DNA of 63,127 nt, the filler included, from Basidiobolus ranarum (taxonomy: Eukaryota), in assembly GCA_040143965.1 (NCBI GenBank). It is 45 parts of 45 records of this genome, joined end to end, with 100 filler letters (N's around TTAATTAATTAA, not from the genome) between each part and the next. Parts side by side here need not be neighbours in the genome. Positions count along the whole stretch, not along the records: positions 49,224 to 50,525 come from JASJQH010012503.1; positions 50,626 to 51,926 come from JASJQH010012504.1; positions 52,027 to 53,327 come from JASJQH010012505.1; positions 53,428 to 54,728 come from JASJQH010012506.1; positions 54,829 to 56,129 come from JASJQH010012507.1; positions 56,230 to 57,529 come from JASJQH010012508.1; positions 57,630 to 58,929 come from JASJQH010012509.1; positions 59,030 to 60,329 come from JASJQH010012510.1; 37 more parts are not named here. One strand, given 5' to 3'. The notes beneath the pieces were generated by a model, which did no database searches, was not told the origin of the DNA, and saw only the letters and a program-made list of their open reading frames with translations. Both the position numbers and the translations under genes were made by a program. Below are positions 49,382 to 62,854 of the stretch, piece by piece (position 1 is the first letter of the stretch; each line of letters starts with the position of its first letter).

Positions 49382-50649
49382 GGACTAGCACAGCAACTTT
49401 GGGATTAAATTCACATTTTCTATCAAGGATTTCTTGTGGTAATGCCTCAATAGAGCCATTTATCTATTCATCAGTGATTTGAAAATAAAAAGGATATGAT
49501 AAAGCCAGAACAAAGGCTCTGACTGAAGGCAAACTTCCATGCCCATTGAGATATACCACACATAGCTCTGAAGCCTATCCAGTCCAGGAGCTATACAGCT
49601 CCTTGTAAGAAGCATGCAATTGAAGCAGACACATGCACTCTGACTGTATATTTTAATAAGCTGTAACTCATACCTCAGTCTATAAAGAACCAAGCCTTAC
49701 TATGGAGCAAAAGAAAAGTCATAAGTTAAAGTTGTATAAGTAGCTAGCACTTTAAATTCATAAGCCTTTGAGAGTGTTGCCTTAAATACTTCTATAGACA
49801 AAAGTCAAGAACAACAGATAAGCCACAAGAAATCATTAATGCTGACACTAGCAGAATATGAACCATGTAAAGTTCAACAAGTGCACTTTCCAAAGAAATA
49901 CAATGACAAATGGCTTCTTATCATTAGACATTTTCATTCATTTGGTCCAAAGATTTCAAAGGCACCTTGCCAATCCACTGATAGACTTGTCATAATCCTA
50001 ACTAAAAAACAATTTATATGATTGGGATTGGATTGCCCCTCTTTGTTAGGTATTCCATTGGATAACCTTTGCAAAACTGTCATAGGGCATTTATCCAGAA
50101 CTCATGATAGACACAATGTGCTATCATAGAGGCAATCTGTTAGTATTTAAACACGTTGAAGCTTTGATCCTAAGAATATGGCATGCATTCTTTATATTGT
50201 AAAAATTTAACCAAAATACAGTTTTTGGTCAGTACTTTAATTGGTTCACTGCATTACAGACTTGTTCCATCGGACCAGGTCAGATTGTGCTGCTTGATCC
50301 AGCCTGCTAGTACACCATCTGGCACAATTTGTCAATTACCATGGCTGGGTCCTATAACACTCAATTGGACACTATAAGGAACAATATGGCACTATCCCAC
50401 CACAATCGGACACAATGATTTTTTTGGAGATATTGTGCCAGCCCGTACCAAGTTACCCGATTTAGTATTGCCGAATTACAATTTTGGGTAACTGACAAAG
50501 TAAATTCATCTCCTAGTTTGTAACTNNNNNNNNNNNNNNNNNNNNNNNNNNNNNNNNNNNNNNNNNNNNTTAATTAATTAANNNNNNNNNNNNNNNNNNN
50601 NNNNNNNNNNNNNNNNNNNNNNNNNTTTATTAAATTTCTTATGTAATAG

Positions 50650-51926
50650 GAATGGAAACGTCATCGTAAAGTGATAAATTCAGCGTTTGTTGGTAAATGG
50701 CCTACAGAAGTATTTGGTGAATGTACGACTCAATTAATTCATGCTATTGAGAGAGAAGTATTTCACCCCAAAGATGTTCACTCACTTATGCAACGATTAA
50801 CTTTGGATGCACTTGGTAAAATTGGGTTTGGCTTTACATTCAATTCTTTACCAGATCCTGAAGGACCATATGTCACTTTATATGAAAGATTGAATGTAGC
50901 TCTGGGGAAGATTCTCTACATGTATATTCCATTCTTAGATCATCCAACCAATCCAATTCGAAGTTCGGATTTTGAAAGTGTTGAAGAATTTGAGAAATTA
51001 CTCTTAGAAGTAGTGAAGAAACGAATGAATCAATTTGAATCCGATCAATCATTTAATGAGAATTCCGATATTTTAAGTTCGATGATATTGGCTTCAAAGG
51101 AAGAGAATGTTCATGATTTTAGTGAAAGGGATTTATTGGTAAGTAGATTTATGAATGTATAGATGATTGTTTATATATATATACCTTTAGGTTAATATGT
51201 TGGTTCTTTAGGAGGATTTAAAGATCTTCTTCTTAGCTGGTCATGATACTACCGCTAATTCCTTGACAAGTGCCATATACTATCTTGCTAAACACCCGGT
51301 AAATTCATTCTCTAATAACACTTGATTGTGATATGTTCTAACCTCGATTGATCAGGATGTTCAACAAAAAGCACGTGAAGAAGTCATGGGTACTTCTAAA
51401 ATGCCAACCCATTCGGAGCAACAAAACATGACATACTTAACGCAAGTGATCAAAGAAGTTTTACGCTTATGTCCATCAGTAGTATATCTTCCAGATCGAT
51501 ACACCAAAGAAACCACTCAATTTGATGATTTCAAAGTACCTCCTAATACTCCTTTATTAGTTCATATATATGGAATTCATCGAAATCCACAATATTGGAA
51601 AAATCCCGATCATTTCGATCCTAGTAGATTCGATGAAGGGAATGAAATCGTTCCTGGTACTTGGATGCCATTTGGTGGTGGTGTAAGACAATGTAAGAAA
51701 CTTTTGTTTACTCCCATATCCTTTCCTACTTTAAAATTTTCTGTGATTGCTCTAGGTGTTGGTATCAATTTTTCTTTGGTGGAACAAAGAGTGGTTCTTT
51801 CTATGCTTTTGAAACATTTCGAATGGTCCTTACCTATGGATAGTAAACATCAAGATGGTCTAATAGTGAATCAAAAGACTATGCTAATGTCCATAGTAGA
51901 CTTGGGAATCATCTTTAAGGAACGCA
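50650..51926 (+). CDS. Cytochrome P450, partial; exons 50650-51138, 51212-51298, 51356-51692, 51756-51926+
   Basis: WKRHR, AGHDTT (I-helix), EVLR (K-helix), FDPSRF, FGGGVRQCVG heme motif after splicing. Confidence 0.96.
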
Positions 51927-52026
51927 NNNNNNNNNNNNNNNNNNNNNNNNNNNNNNNNNNNNNNNNNNNNTTAATTAATTAANNNNNNNNNNNNNNNNNN
52001 NNNNNNNNNNNNNNNNNNNNNNNNNN

Positions 52027-53327
52027 TCAAACAATTGATTTACTTTTCTACTATATAAGTCACCATATACTCTTAAGAATAAAGTAACTAAAACACACTA
52101 TCATAAGTTGCTTCTAATACTCAAAGTCTACCCCCATAATGTCAAGATCCTCCAACAATAAGCCATGGAAGTGTTTTGAGGTTTGGAGAATCAGAGAAAT
52201 TGGTGGCTCTCACTTGTTGATTTATTGAGTATTCAGTTAACATTTATAGTTTCATCAAGATGCAAACCAACAAACATGTACAATGTGTTAAGGAAGGTCC
52301 CAGGAGCCCGTGTGCAAAGTTTGGGGCAACTTTGAGAAATCTATATATCTAAGATTGGTGAAATGAATTCCTGTTGAAAATAGTTTGTGATATCTTAGTT
52401 CAATATAGAATAATTAAATACTGGGCTATATATGACTATGTAGATGTTTATATATATAGGTGTTTAGGTCATGCTAATTTCAACAACAACAGCCCCTATA
52501 TTAAAATTAGGAATATCTCTGTATCTCCTTGAATAGCATGTCTGTATCACAAAGTGTCTCTAGGTAGCAAGGTATATCTGCATTTTGCATAGGCCTTCAA
52601 AGAACTTTCAAACTCATCCAAAATTCCCCAACCCTCTGAAATATTGGGTGTATTTGGGATGGACTCCAAGTATATAGAATAATTAGAAGATATATGTGAT
52701 TTGCACTTGTTGTTTAATTCAATTGAAAATAAGTATTTATACATATGTTAAAAGTAAATACGATAATGTGTTTCTGTTATATGATATAGTCATAATCAGG
52801 ATAGACATTGTTATTTAGAGACAATCTGTGGTACTGCTTTAGTCGCTGTATTCCTTACAAAATATGCTGACTAGTATAGCAGAGTAAATCAGTTGTTTGC
52901 AATAATCAGCAGCTTGGGTACCAAGATACAAAAGATAAGTGGAGGTAATAAGACATACTGGCTATGTGGAGATATTCCTAATTAGAATATAGGGGCTACA
53001 GATACTTGTAGCTAAAATAAACTATGATGTCGAATAAAGGTTAATTATCTAACAGTTTCTAGAGTGTTGACAAGATTGGGGCTAAATCGTGTGGAGTTTA
53101 AATGAGTTTGTGTTAAAGTATTTGGGAGCCTGTTGGAAGTGATTTGGAGAATTAGAGGAATTGGTGGTTTTCACTTATTGATTTATTGAGTAGAAAGTTG
53201 ACATTTATAGTTTTGTCAAGATGTAAACAAACTAACATGTTGAATATGTTAAGGAAGGTCCCAGGAACATGTGTGCAAAGTTTGGGGCTTCTAGCACAAG
53301 TTTGAAAAATCTATATATCTGAGAACT
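52027..53327. repeat. Mosaic of LTR-G and LTR-B copies
   Basis: LTR-B at ~52165-52485 and from ~53112; LTR-G pieces in both orientations. Confidence 0.75.
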
Positions 53328-53427
53328 NNNNNNNNNNNNNNNNNNNNNNNNNNNNNNNNNNNNNNNNNNNNTTAATTAATTAANNNNNNNNNNNNNNNNN
53401 NNNNNNNNNNNNNNNNNNNNNNNNNNN

Positions 53428-54728
53428 TTGGGCAAGATTCCACCCAGTTTCCAAAATGTTAAACCACTCATCATGAGAGCAAGTGACAGCAGCTCTGACA
53501 TTCAGAGTCTTTTGGTTTGCCAGTTTTCTTATGAGATTTCTACTTTCATGTGCCCAAGAAATTTTGGATCAGTGTGTAGGCTTAATGGTCCAACACATAT
53601 TCTGCTCTGCTAGATTGTCACAGTGACATTCATATGTATGGTATGGGATTGATTCAAATCTTGTATGAGAATGGATGGAGGGAGCAGCATGTTGCTGCAG
53701 CTCAAATACAGAATTCTGAAGGTCTTGTATCATTGTTGAGTGCTCTATTGCTGGAAAGGAACACATCTGGTAAATTGCTTAATGCTTCATCATTACTTGA
53801 GTTAGTTTCCAGCATGTTGATGCCTTCCGGAGTGGATAGTGGATTGTTAGACTTCTCATCAATTAAGTCCTCTGTTCTTGCTGGTTTTTATCCTTTCATG
53901 CCACCAGGCTTTGACTTGGAAGCTGATTTTGATTTAGATTTTGAATGCTTTTTGAATGGCATTGAAATTTTTGGATAGTAAACTTGGTGTAATGAAATTG
54001 CTTAGAAACAGCTTGAAATTAGCCAAAATTGCCATTTGTTACTAGAAATATCTTGTAAATTCTTGATGACTCTTCTGTGACACTGTCTCAGATTAAGCTG
54101 ATTATTATTGATGGGCTATACCTAAAATACCACCCTTATGTAGGAAGTCTTCTTTTTTCTACAATATCTTTCTAATGCCACAACACAAATGTATAAAGAA
54201 GCCCTGCTATTATTGTCCCAAATTCGTGTGCTATGAAAGCTGGATGCTTCATAGAAAAATAATCACAAGCATGGTCACTATACAAAGCCACCAGCTGCAC
54301 AAAGCCTGGTGTATAACAACCATGATAAGTACACTAAATAAACTTTTATTTTGCCCATTGAGTCCACTGACTGTACATTGCCTCAAGGTTTTGGGAACAT
54401 TGCCAAAGATACAAAGGAGTTATCACAGTTATATGTCCAATACAATGTAGGTCAAAATATAACCTTGGTCACACCAGTAAGTCGTGTCAACTTTGAGGAC
54501 TTGCTGCTAGATGTTGACCTTGGTTATTCAAGTACCAATGGTAGTATATCAGAAGTTGAATAATAAGATGTTGGTTTTGTTATGGACTCTGTGTTATTGG
54601 CAAACATTATTCCACCCATAACACTTACTGTATAGGGAGTAGCTTTGATTATTGAGGAGTGGAGAGTTCAATCCAATCTTGGCAACCAGGTGTTAAGTGG
54701 TTTTCTTACACTTTTATCACAGTTGATT
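53428..54728. mobile_element. Decayed CMC central region (ORF2 and ORF1 starts) with deletion
   Basis: Homologous to 59948-60265 and 48112-49105. Confidence 0.9.
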
Positions 54729-55173
54729 NNNNNNNNNNNNNNNNNNNNNNNNNNNNNNNNNNNNNNNNNNNNTTAATTAATTAANNNNNNNNNNNNNNNN
54801 NNNNNNNNNNNNNNNNNNNNNNNNNNNNATCTTGGCACTGACTAATTCTCTTTGCTATCAAAAAGTATAAATAAAGCTAACTGAACCTTTTGTTTAGTGT
54901 GTGTCTCAACAAATATAGGATCAAAACACTTCTCAGTGTTCCTCAGCAAATTCAATATTCCCCTCTCATTTCTATCCAAGCCTAGTATCCACTAGCATCT
55001 ACAGAACACCAAGCCTAGCTGCCTAGCAAACCTACTCTCTACCATAACATAGCAACCCACTGCTATTCCCAAGACATACATTAGTTTGATCTGCTCTGCT
55101 CATATATCCTGCTTAAACAGTTCTAAGATTCTGCACTTATCTGTTTCTTTGGTTCAGTAAAGTTCAAGACTTT

Positions 55174-56129
55174 TTATCCACTTTTCTCTTGGACACAACA
55201 GTAATCAGGGCTATTTCTGATCTGATTCAATCTCCGGGTTTGGGCTGAAGGCACTACAACCTCTGGCATTGTATTGGGCACTTCAGTAGGCAAAATTTTG
55301 GTCAAAAGGTACACAGGAATGCTATTTTCTTCAATGTTTTGGTTTAAATCAATTTGAATTTTGGGATCAGGTGAAAATTGATTTTTTTCATCTTCTGGGG
55401 TCATTTTGTGTAAATATTTTTTGTTTTTATTGAAAAGAACATCCCTGGACTTTATTAACTTGGATATTTTGGTTTAATAGAGTCTGTAGGCCTTAGTCTA
55501 AGTACAGTAAACCTGAGATATGCATTTCTTACTTTTTGGGTCTAATATAGACCAATTTTTTGTCATAATTTTGACGTAAGCAATTTATCCAAAGTCCCTC
55601 TAATGTTAAAAATCAGGTTTAACTCCAAATCAAGCTTGATATGATTTAGAGTTACACAGACTTGTATCAAAACTCCTATTCTTCAGATATACAGCTGAAG
55701 CAACAGATTCTACCCAAAAGTTATGAGATACATTTTGTGTATTTATCATAGATCTTGCTATTTCTATTATAGTTTTGTTAGCTCTTTGAGCAACTCCAAT
55801 TTGTTGAGATGAATAGGGGGCAGTAGCTTCTTGCTTAATTTTATGAACTTTGCAAAAGTGCTCATATAGTGTTGAGGTATATTACCCTAACAGAAATTTG
55901 AGAATTGTTATTGTGGGAAAACCATCTCAATTTTAATCTATTTGGGATTGACCATTTACTTACTGTCATAAAATCATCAAGTTAGATTTGATTTTAATCA
56001 ATTTTTTCAGTTTCAGGAGTGAAATTTTAAGATCATGCAAAATAGTTACCCATGATTGGCTACAATCTCAGAGAACTGTGGATCAACACATGTGAAAAAA
56101 TGTAACTCAAATTTTACACAGTTACCACT
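55174..56129. mobile_element. Copia integrase remnant (minus) interrupted at 55885 by the CMC left terminus CCCTAACAGAAAT
   Basis: Homology to 39780-40460; terminus matches 4236-4289 inverted. Confidence 0.88.
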
Positions 56130-56229
56130 NNNNNNNNNNNNNNNNNNNNNNNNNNNNNNNNNNNNNNNNNNNNTTAATTAATTAANNNNNNNNNNNNNNN
56201 NNNNNNNNNNNNNNNNNNNNNNNNNNNNN

Positions 56230-56930
56230 GAAGGTATACACTTTTAAGGATGAACTATATGTTCCAGATTTTACCAATAACTTAATATCTGTATGCTAGG
56301 CCACCTGAGAAGGACTAAAATTAAATTTAGATAAATCAGGATGCATCATCACTGATTAAAATGGGAATTATTTAGCTTTGGGAGAAAAGGATATGAACTT
56401 ACACAAATTTACATATAATCCAGGAGGTTTATGTGTAAATATAAGCTATGCTAATCAAGAAACTATTCAATTATGGCATAAGAGATTTGGCCGTAATAGA
56501 TTTGATTATTCAAGCAAAATTAACAAAAATGGCTAATTTCTGGAATTCAAATTAACCTCTAACCAAAATGAAAATTTGTGAGGGTTGTATTTTTGGAAAT
56601 TAAGGCAGGCAACCATTCAAGAGCTACAGTTTAATCAAATCTCTCAAAAAACTGGATCTAATTCATTCAGATTTGTGTGGACCTATGCAAAATTTATCTT
56701 TAGGCAGAAAAACATATTTAATCACATTTATTGATGATTATACAAGATACACTTGGGTCTACTTTATATAAAGAAAAGAAGAAGCTCTCTCCATCTTAAG
56801 AGATTTTAAAACACTTGTGGAGACTGAAACTGGAACTTAAATCAAGAAAACATGTACTGATAATGGTGGAGAATATACTTCAACACTACTTAAGCACTCT
56901 TTCAAAATTCATGGAATTAAGCAAGAAACC
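56230..56930 (+). pseudogene. Copia pre-integrase/integrase remnant
   Basis: Homologous to 31415-32120; WHKRFG, IHSDLCGPM, TDNGGEY. Confidence 0.9.
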
Positions 56931-57629
56931 CCTTCCAACAGGCTGCCAAATACTTTATCAGTTTCTCTCATCTTTGATGAAAGCAAGCAGTCAATGAAAA
57001 ACCATAAAGGGGATGGCCTGCATACTCATGAATCATAGTGCATGATTGACCTGATTCAACCAAACCAATCAGTGAGCTTTTTATATCTGGAGAGGAGTCA
57101 GCTCCAAGGAGCATACCACCAGAGAGACATACTGGTTTAACTTGTACTACCACACAACAGCAACAAAGGCCAACTGCAAGAATTCTTGGACCTTCCACTT
57201 TGTTGGATGAAGATCTGACACCTGAGAGTATTCTACTAAGACAGCAATTGATTACAATGCATACCCCCATGAGACCAAGACAACAGGTGTTTGAGAGAGA
57301 TAGTGAAGCTCTTACTGGGCTTGACAAAACCACAACCATCAAACATGAACCTCAAGGTAGACAATATTTCTAATATGTTCCAACATACAACAGAGGTCAC
57401 AGTGGCCAGTCAAAAAAGATGAAGCTTCTACCATGGTTAAAGAGGCAAGAACTGCCAAATGCCAACCTCAAGATAGCGCCCTGGCTTGACACAGACCGGA
57501 ATATGACCATGACGATGGCCCGTCAAAAGNNNNNNNNNNNNNNNNNNNNNNNNNNNNNNNNNNNNNNNNNNNNTTAATTAATTAANNNNNNNNNNNNNNN
57601 NNNNNNNNNNNNNNNNNNNNNNNNNNNNN

Positions 57630-58929
57630 TTGGAGGAACTTTAGAAAAGTGGAGTTGTGAATAGCTTTGTGAGATAATTGTTTATTGTCCAGAAATAAAG
57701 CATTTATACTTTTTGGTGGAAATACAGAAAACAAACACTGAGATTGTGTTCAGAACATCTGTGGGAGTAAAATGAGCTATTTTTGGGGCAATTTGGACAA
57801 GTTTGAAATTTCCAATATGGAATTGCTAATTCTCACATTAAGTTGCCATTTATAGTTTTGTCAAAATGTTAGAGAACAAATGTGTAGAATGTGTTAAGAA
57901 GGTCCCAGGAACATGTGTGCAAAGTTTGGGGCTTCTAGCACAAGTATGGAAAATCTATATATCTGAGAACTTCTAAGTTGGTAAAAATATGCTAAGTAAA
58001 TTCCAATTGAGATTAATTGATAATATCTAATGAATTACAAAATAACCAAGTACTAAGTCATATATGACTATATATGTGTTTGGGTAATGCTAATTTCAAT
58101 ACTGTCCCTCAAGTAAATAGTCATACAAACTGATCCTAATAAAGGTCTAAATTTCTCAAATTTCTGTTTAGCTAATGGTTTGGTTAAGATATCAGCAATC
58201 ATGTCTTCTGTAGAGCAATAAGTTAGTTCAATAAACTTATTCTCTGTTGTTTCTATAATGAAGTGATGCTTAATATTTATATGTTTGCTTGTATTTGAAA
58301 TGTGGGATTTTTAGCTAATTTGATACAACTTTGATTATGTTGAAATATTGTAGTTGGTGAAGTTTGAGAATAACCCAAATCTGTTAGGAGTTTTCTTAAC
58401 CATATTGCTTCTATGTAGCTTCACAGGTAGCAATGTATTCAGCTTCTGTTGTTGAAAGTGCTATGGTAGGTTGTTTGTGTGAATTATAAGAAATAGCTCC
58501 ATTACCACAAAGAAATAGGTATCCTGTTGTAGATCTCCTATCTTCAATATCTCTTCCCCAATTTGCATCTGGATATCCTATCCGATCAAAGTTTGATGCA
58601 AAATATGTGTCATTGAAACATATATCCATAGTACCTTTCAAATAGCTAAAAATCTGCTTAACTGCTACAATTTGATCAGATCCATAATTTTGAAGATATT
58701 GGCACATCACTCCCACAGAATATGCAATACTTAGCCATGTTCAACCATGATATACATGAATCTGCCAACCATATATTGATAAGGAAATTTCTGGCTTTTA
58801 TTTAATCCCAAAAACATATGATTTGAGCCATTTTTGGTCAAGTTAAGATTTGTCTCCATTGGGGTAGATACTGGATTATATTCTTCCATTTTAAACTTCT
58901 TTAGTATATCTAGGATATACTTAGACTGG
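57630..58929 (-). mobile_element. 3' end of copia element: RNase H, PPT (58102-58112), 3' LTR-B from 58101, fused to an LTR-A piece
   Basis: GYPDANWG...RRSTTGY...ALSTTEAEY; TTGAGGGACAG|TATTGAAATTAGC. Confidence 0.88.
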
Positions 58930-59029
58930 NNNNNNNNNNNNNNNNNNNNNNNNNNNNNNNNNNNNNNNNNNNNTTAATTAATTAANNNNNNNNNNNNNNN
59001 NNNNNNNNNNNNNNNNNNNNNNNNNNNNN

Positions 59030-60329
59030 ATTGGCTAAAGTCTCAGAGAACTATGGATCAACACATGTGCAAAAAATTTAACTCAAATTTTACACAATTA
59101 CCACTTGAACACTAATTTGTCATCTTTGAGATCCCTAGTCTCTTTGATATATTCTCCTGAATATTTTTATAGTGTTCTCCAAACCTAAGGTTTAGCTCAT
59201 ACTGACCACAAGTTTATATCAATATCTCCATCAAAGCCCACCATTGTATTAACGTTGCTGTATCAACATTCTTCCAGCTATCTGGCAGTTACCCTGCAAT
59301 ATTGTGCCACTCTGTATTAAGTTCTTCCAAGATATCTTCAAAGTCAACACCAGTCTGAATGTCAAGTTGAATGTTCTTTTTCTGAAGCCACTTTCTGCAT
59401 ACTTGCACTGCATTTTTCCCTTCATACTTTTGAAAATACTCTTCATGCACTTTTACTATTTTTGTATTTCCTTGTAATGTACCAGTTGAGGTTGGAGAGC
59501 CATGAGCAATCTTTGCTGGTGTTTTGGCTTGTTGAGAGATACCAGGTGTTAGATAAACTTCAAAATTTAGCACTCTTCCAACTGGTGTACCTGGTTTCAT
59601 GGTGAAATTAAGCTTTTTTGCCGGTATATCTGACTCTAGAATTGCATATCTTTGTAATGCTGTGAAGAATTTGGTAAGTGGGACAGTAGAGGCTAAACTC
59701 ACTGGCTCCATTGCTTTTCCCTTGAGTTTACTAACTTCCTGCTCTTGCAGTACTTCTTTAGCTGCTTTTCTTTCTTTTTCAAGTCAATAATTGCATACAT
59801 TTTTGAGATGTTTAATCAATAGGCCTATACTAGCCCAATTGCCATTTGCTTGCAAAAACCCAGGATAAGCCACATAAATAAGCCAAGGACCTTCAGAGTA
59901 ATGCCTGGTTTTTGGTTTTTCCATATTTGGCTCAAATCCAGGTGATTTTGGGCAAGATTCCACACAGTTTCCAAAGTGTAAAACCACTCATCAGCAGAGC
60001 AAGTGATGGCAGCTCTGACATTCAGAGTCTTTTGGTTTGCCCATTTTCCAATGAGGTTTTTACTTTCATGTGCACACACAATTTTGGGTCATTGTGTAGG
60101 CTTAATGGTCCAACACATATTTTGCTCTGCTAGATTGTCATGGTGACATTCATATGGATGGTGTGGGATTGATTGAAATCCCATATGAGAATGGAAGGAG
60201 AGAGCAGCATGTTGTTGAAGCTCAAGTACAGCATTCTGAAGGTCTTGTATCATTGTTGAGTGACTCTCTAACTGTTGACTAGTTGCTTCCAAATGCTGCA
60301 TTAATTGCAATATTGCGGTGTTATTGCTT
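59030..60329 (-). pseudogene. CMC ORF2 central and C-terminal region, next to the left end
   Basis: Overlaps 47822 at one end and 56050-56129 at the other. Confidence 0.88.
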
Positions 60330-60429
60330 NNNNNNNNNNNNNNNNNNNNNNNNNNNNNNNNNNNNNNNNNNNNTTAATTAATTAANNNNNNNNNNNNNNN
60401 NNNNNNNNNNNNNNNNNNNNNNNNNNNNN

Positions 60430-61728
60430 AAGGAGTGGACTACAAAGAAAGATTGGCTTCTGCAGCAAAGTTTAAATTCATCAGAACCATACTGGAAGTA
60501 GCAGCAAAATATAGCTTAAAAATCCATCACATGGATTTTAAAACTTCTTTTTTAAATGTGGACTAGGAAGTGGATAAATTCATGCATCCACCAGACATTT
60601 TTGGGGATCCTGATCACTCTGAGGAAATGTGTAAGTTACAATAATCACTTCATGGATATAAATAATAACCCAGGGCCTGGTAAACCAAGATAGACACATA
60701 CTTGGAATCACTTGATTTCCAAAACAGTATGGCTGATTATGGGATCTACTTTAAGACCAATAAGTACAGTGAGGTAATACTTGCCTTATAATTAGATGAT
60801 TTGATTATAGCTACCAATAATGATGGAGCTCTCAGGAACACCAAAAGAGATCTAACATTCCAATTCAAGATGACCAATTTGGATGAATTTGTGTATTTTT
60901 TGGGCCTTTGGATACATGCAGATGTATTGAGCAACTATATTACTTTGAATCAATCTAAAAAAAAACTCAGACATTCTCAGACTTTACAGTATGAATAGTT
61001 GTAGGTCAGTAGCAACTCCCATGTATCCAGGTCTGAAAGCAGTCAAAAATCCAATCAAAAACAATGCAAATTGGTCAAAGATGGCTAAAAATATGTCATT
61101 TGAAAGCCCTGAGTTCCCTTGGCAATCTGTGGTAGGTAGTTTGATCTATATTATGACTGGTATCTGTCCAGATATCTATTTTGAAGTGGGAGTAGTTGGT
61201 CAACATGTGCAAAACCTGGGATCTGAGCTCTAACAGAAATATGAGAATTGTTATCACAGAAAAACTGTTACAATTTTAATCCATTTGGGATTTACTGTTT
61301 ACTCACCATCATAAAATTGTCAAGTAAGATTTGATTTTAATCAATTTTTTCAGTTTCAGGAGTAAAATTTCAAGATCTGGCAAAATAGTTGTGCATGATT
61401 GGCTACAATCTCAGAGAACTATGGAGCAACACATGTGTGAAAAACATAACTCAAATTTTACACAATTAACACTTGAACACTAATTTGTCACCTTTGAAAT
61501 CCTTAGTCTCTTTGATATATTCTCCAGAATATTTTTATAGTGTTCTTCATACCAAAGATTTAACGCATACTTAACCAAAATTTGAGGATTGTTATTATCG
61601 GAAAACCGTCACAAATTCAATCCATTTGGGATTGATTGTTTACTTATGTCATAAAATCATCAAGTTAGATTTAATTTTAATCAATTTTTCAGTTTCAGGA
61701 GTGAAATTTCAAGATCTTGCACAATAGT
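60430..61728 (+). mobile_element. Copia RT remnant (to 61227) interrupted by two successive CMC left ends (61228 and ~61570)
   Basis: HMDFKTSFLN, LDDLII, SVVGSLIY, then CTCTAACAGAAAT. Confidence 0.85.
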
Positions 61729-62004
61729 NNNNNNNNNNNNNNNNNNNNNNNNNNNNNNNNNNNNNNNNNNNNTTAATTAATTAANNNNNNNNNNNNNNNN
61801 NNNNNNNNNNNNNNNNNNNNNNNNNNNNTGATTATCTATATCATATTACTAATTTAATCTCATAAAATTTGTACAGATGAATTCTGAAAAGACGTGAATT
61901 CATTTAGAATACGATTCTCAAACAAAATAATGACCACATTGCTTCATAAGATAAAAACGTTCAAGATAGTCTAACGATGCAAAGGAATTATTCAGCAATG
62001 ATCT

Positions 62005-62854
62005 TCACTGTCCATGAACACCTCTCTGATGTCTTCTTAATCGTGTACGATCAGCAAAACTTTTGGCACACCCATCCAGACCACAGAAAAATGTTTTGGG
62101 TCCATGAACTATCATATGTTTAGTGAGGCCACTTTGGTCAGTAAAGTTACGGTTACATCCAGGATAAACACAGGGTACCGGACGGGCAGAGTCGACAATT
62201 GGGTGTGGGGAGTTAAACTTTTCAATAGTGGCGGGACGCTTGAGTAAAGGCGGGCCATCTACGTTATGGGAGACCCGGATTAAGGCTAAATTCAAATATG
62301 GTATAGTTTTTACAAGTATAGTTTACCTGGACGCCACGAAGTAAAAGATACTTCCCCTGTCAAGGTACGAATCACCAAAGAACGTTTTTGCCATTTTCGT
62401 GGAATTTCCATTCCCTCATGTTTCGTATCTTTCGGTGTAGTAGCTGGTACCATAATAAAGAGTTAATTCGGATATTTGTAAATGGAAAATATTTTCTTGA
62501 GCGTTGCAAGTGAAGAAAGTTACTTACTTTCAGAAGAAGGAACCTCAATGTGATTTAGCTCAGAGCTGATGGAAGAAAAGTTAACCTTTGTAAAAGAGAT
62601 CCAATTCGTATTTGAAGTATTAGGACGTACTCATTATAACGAGGCTTCTTAGTAGGTGCGCTATCGAAATTTGAGCTCAACTTATCTTTGCGTTCTTGCT
62701 CAGTAGTATTGATAAGATCCTGTCCAAGAATCTCTGGAGAAGAATCTGTTTGAGGTACGGATGAAGAGAGGGAAGGACTCTTGGGATTTGAAAACCTCAA
62801 TTTAACTTTAAGTCCAGTGGCAGGTGTTGAGGCAGGAGATACTAAAGTAGTCAT
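62005..62854 (-). CDS. Four-exon C2H2 zinc-finger gene, YY1/Iec1-like, with a REPO/2W-hairpin-like motif
   Basis: Splices in frame to ...PRKWQKRSLVIRTLTGEVSFTSWRP...CVYPGCNRNFTDQSGLTKHMIVHGPKTFFCGLDGCAKSFADRTRLRRHQRGVH. Confidence 0.8.
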
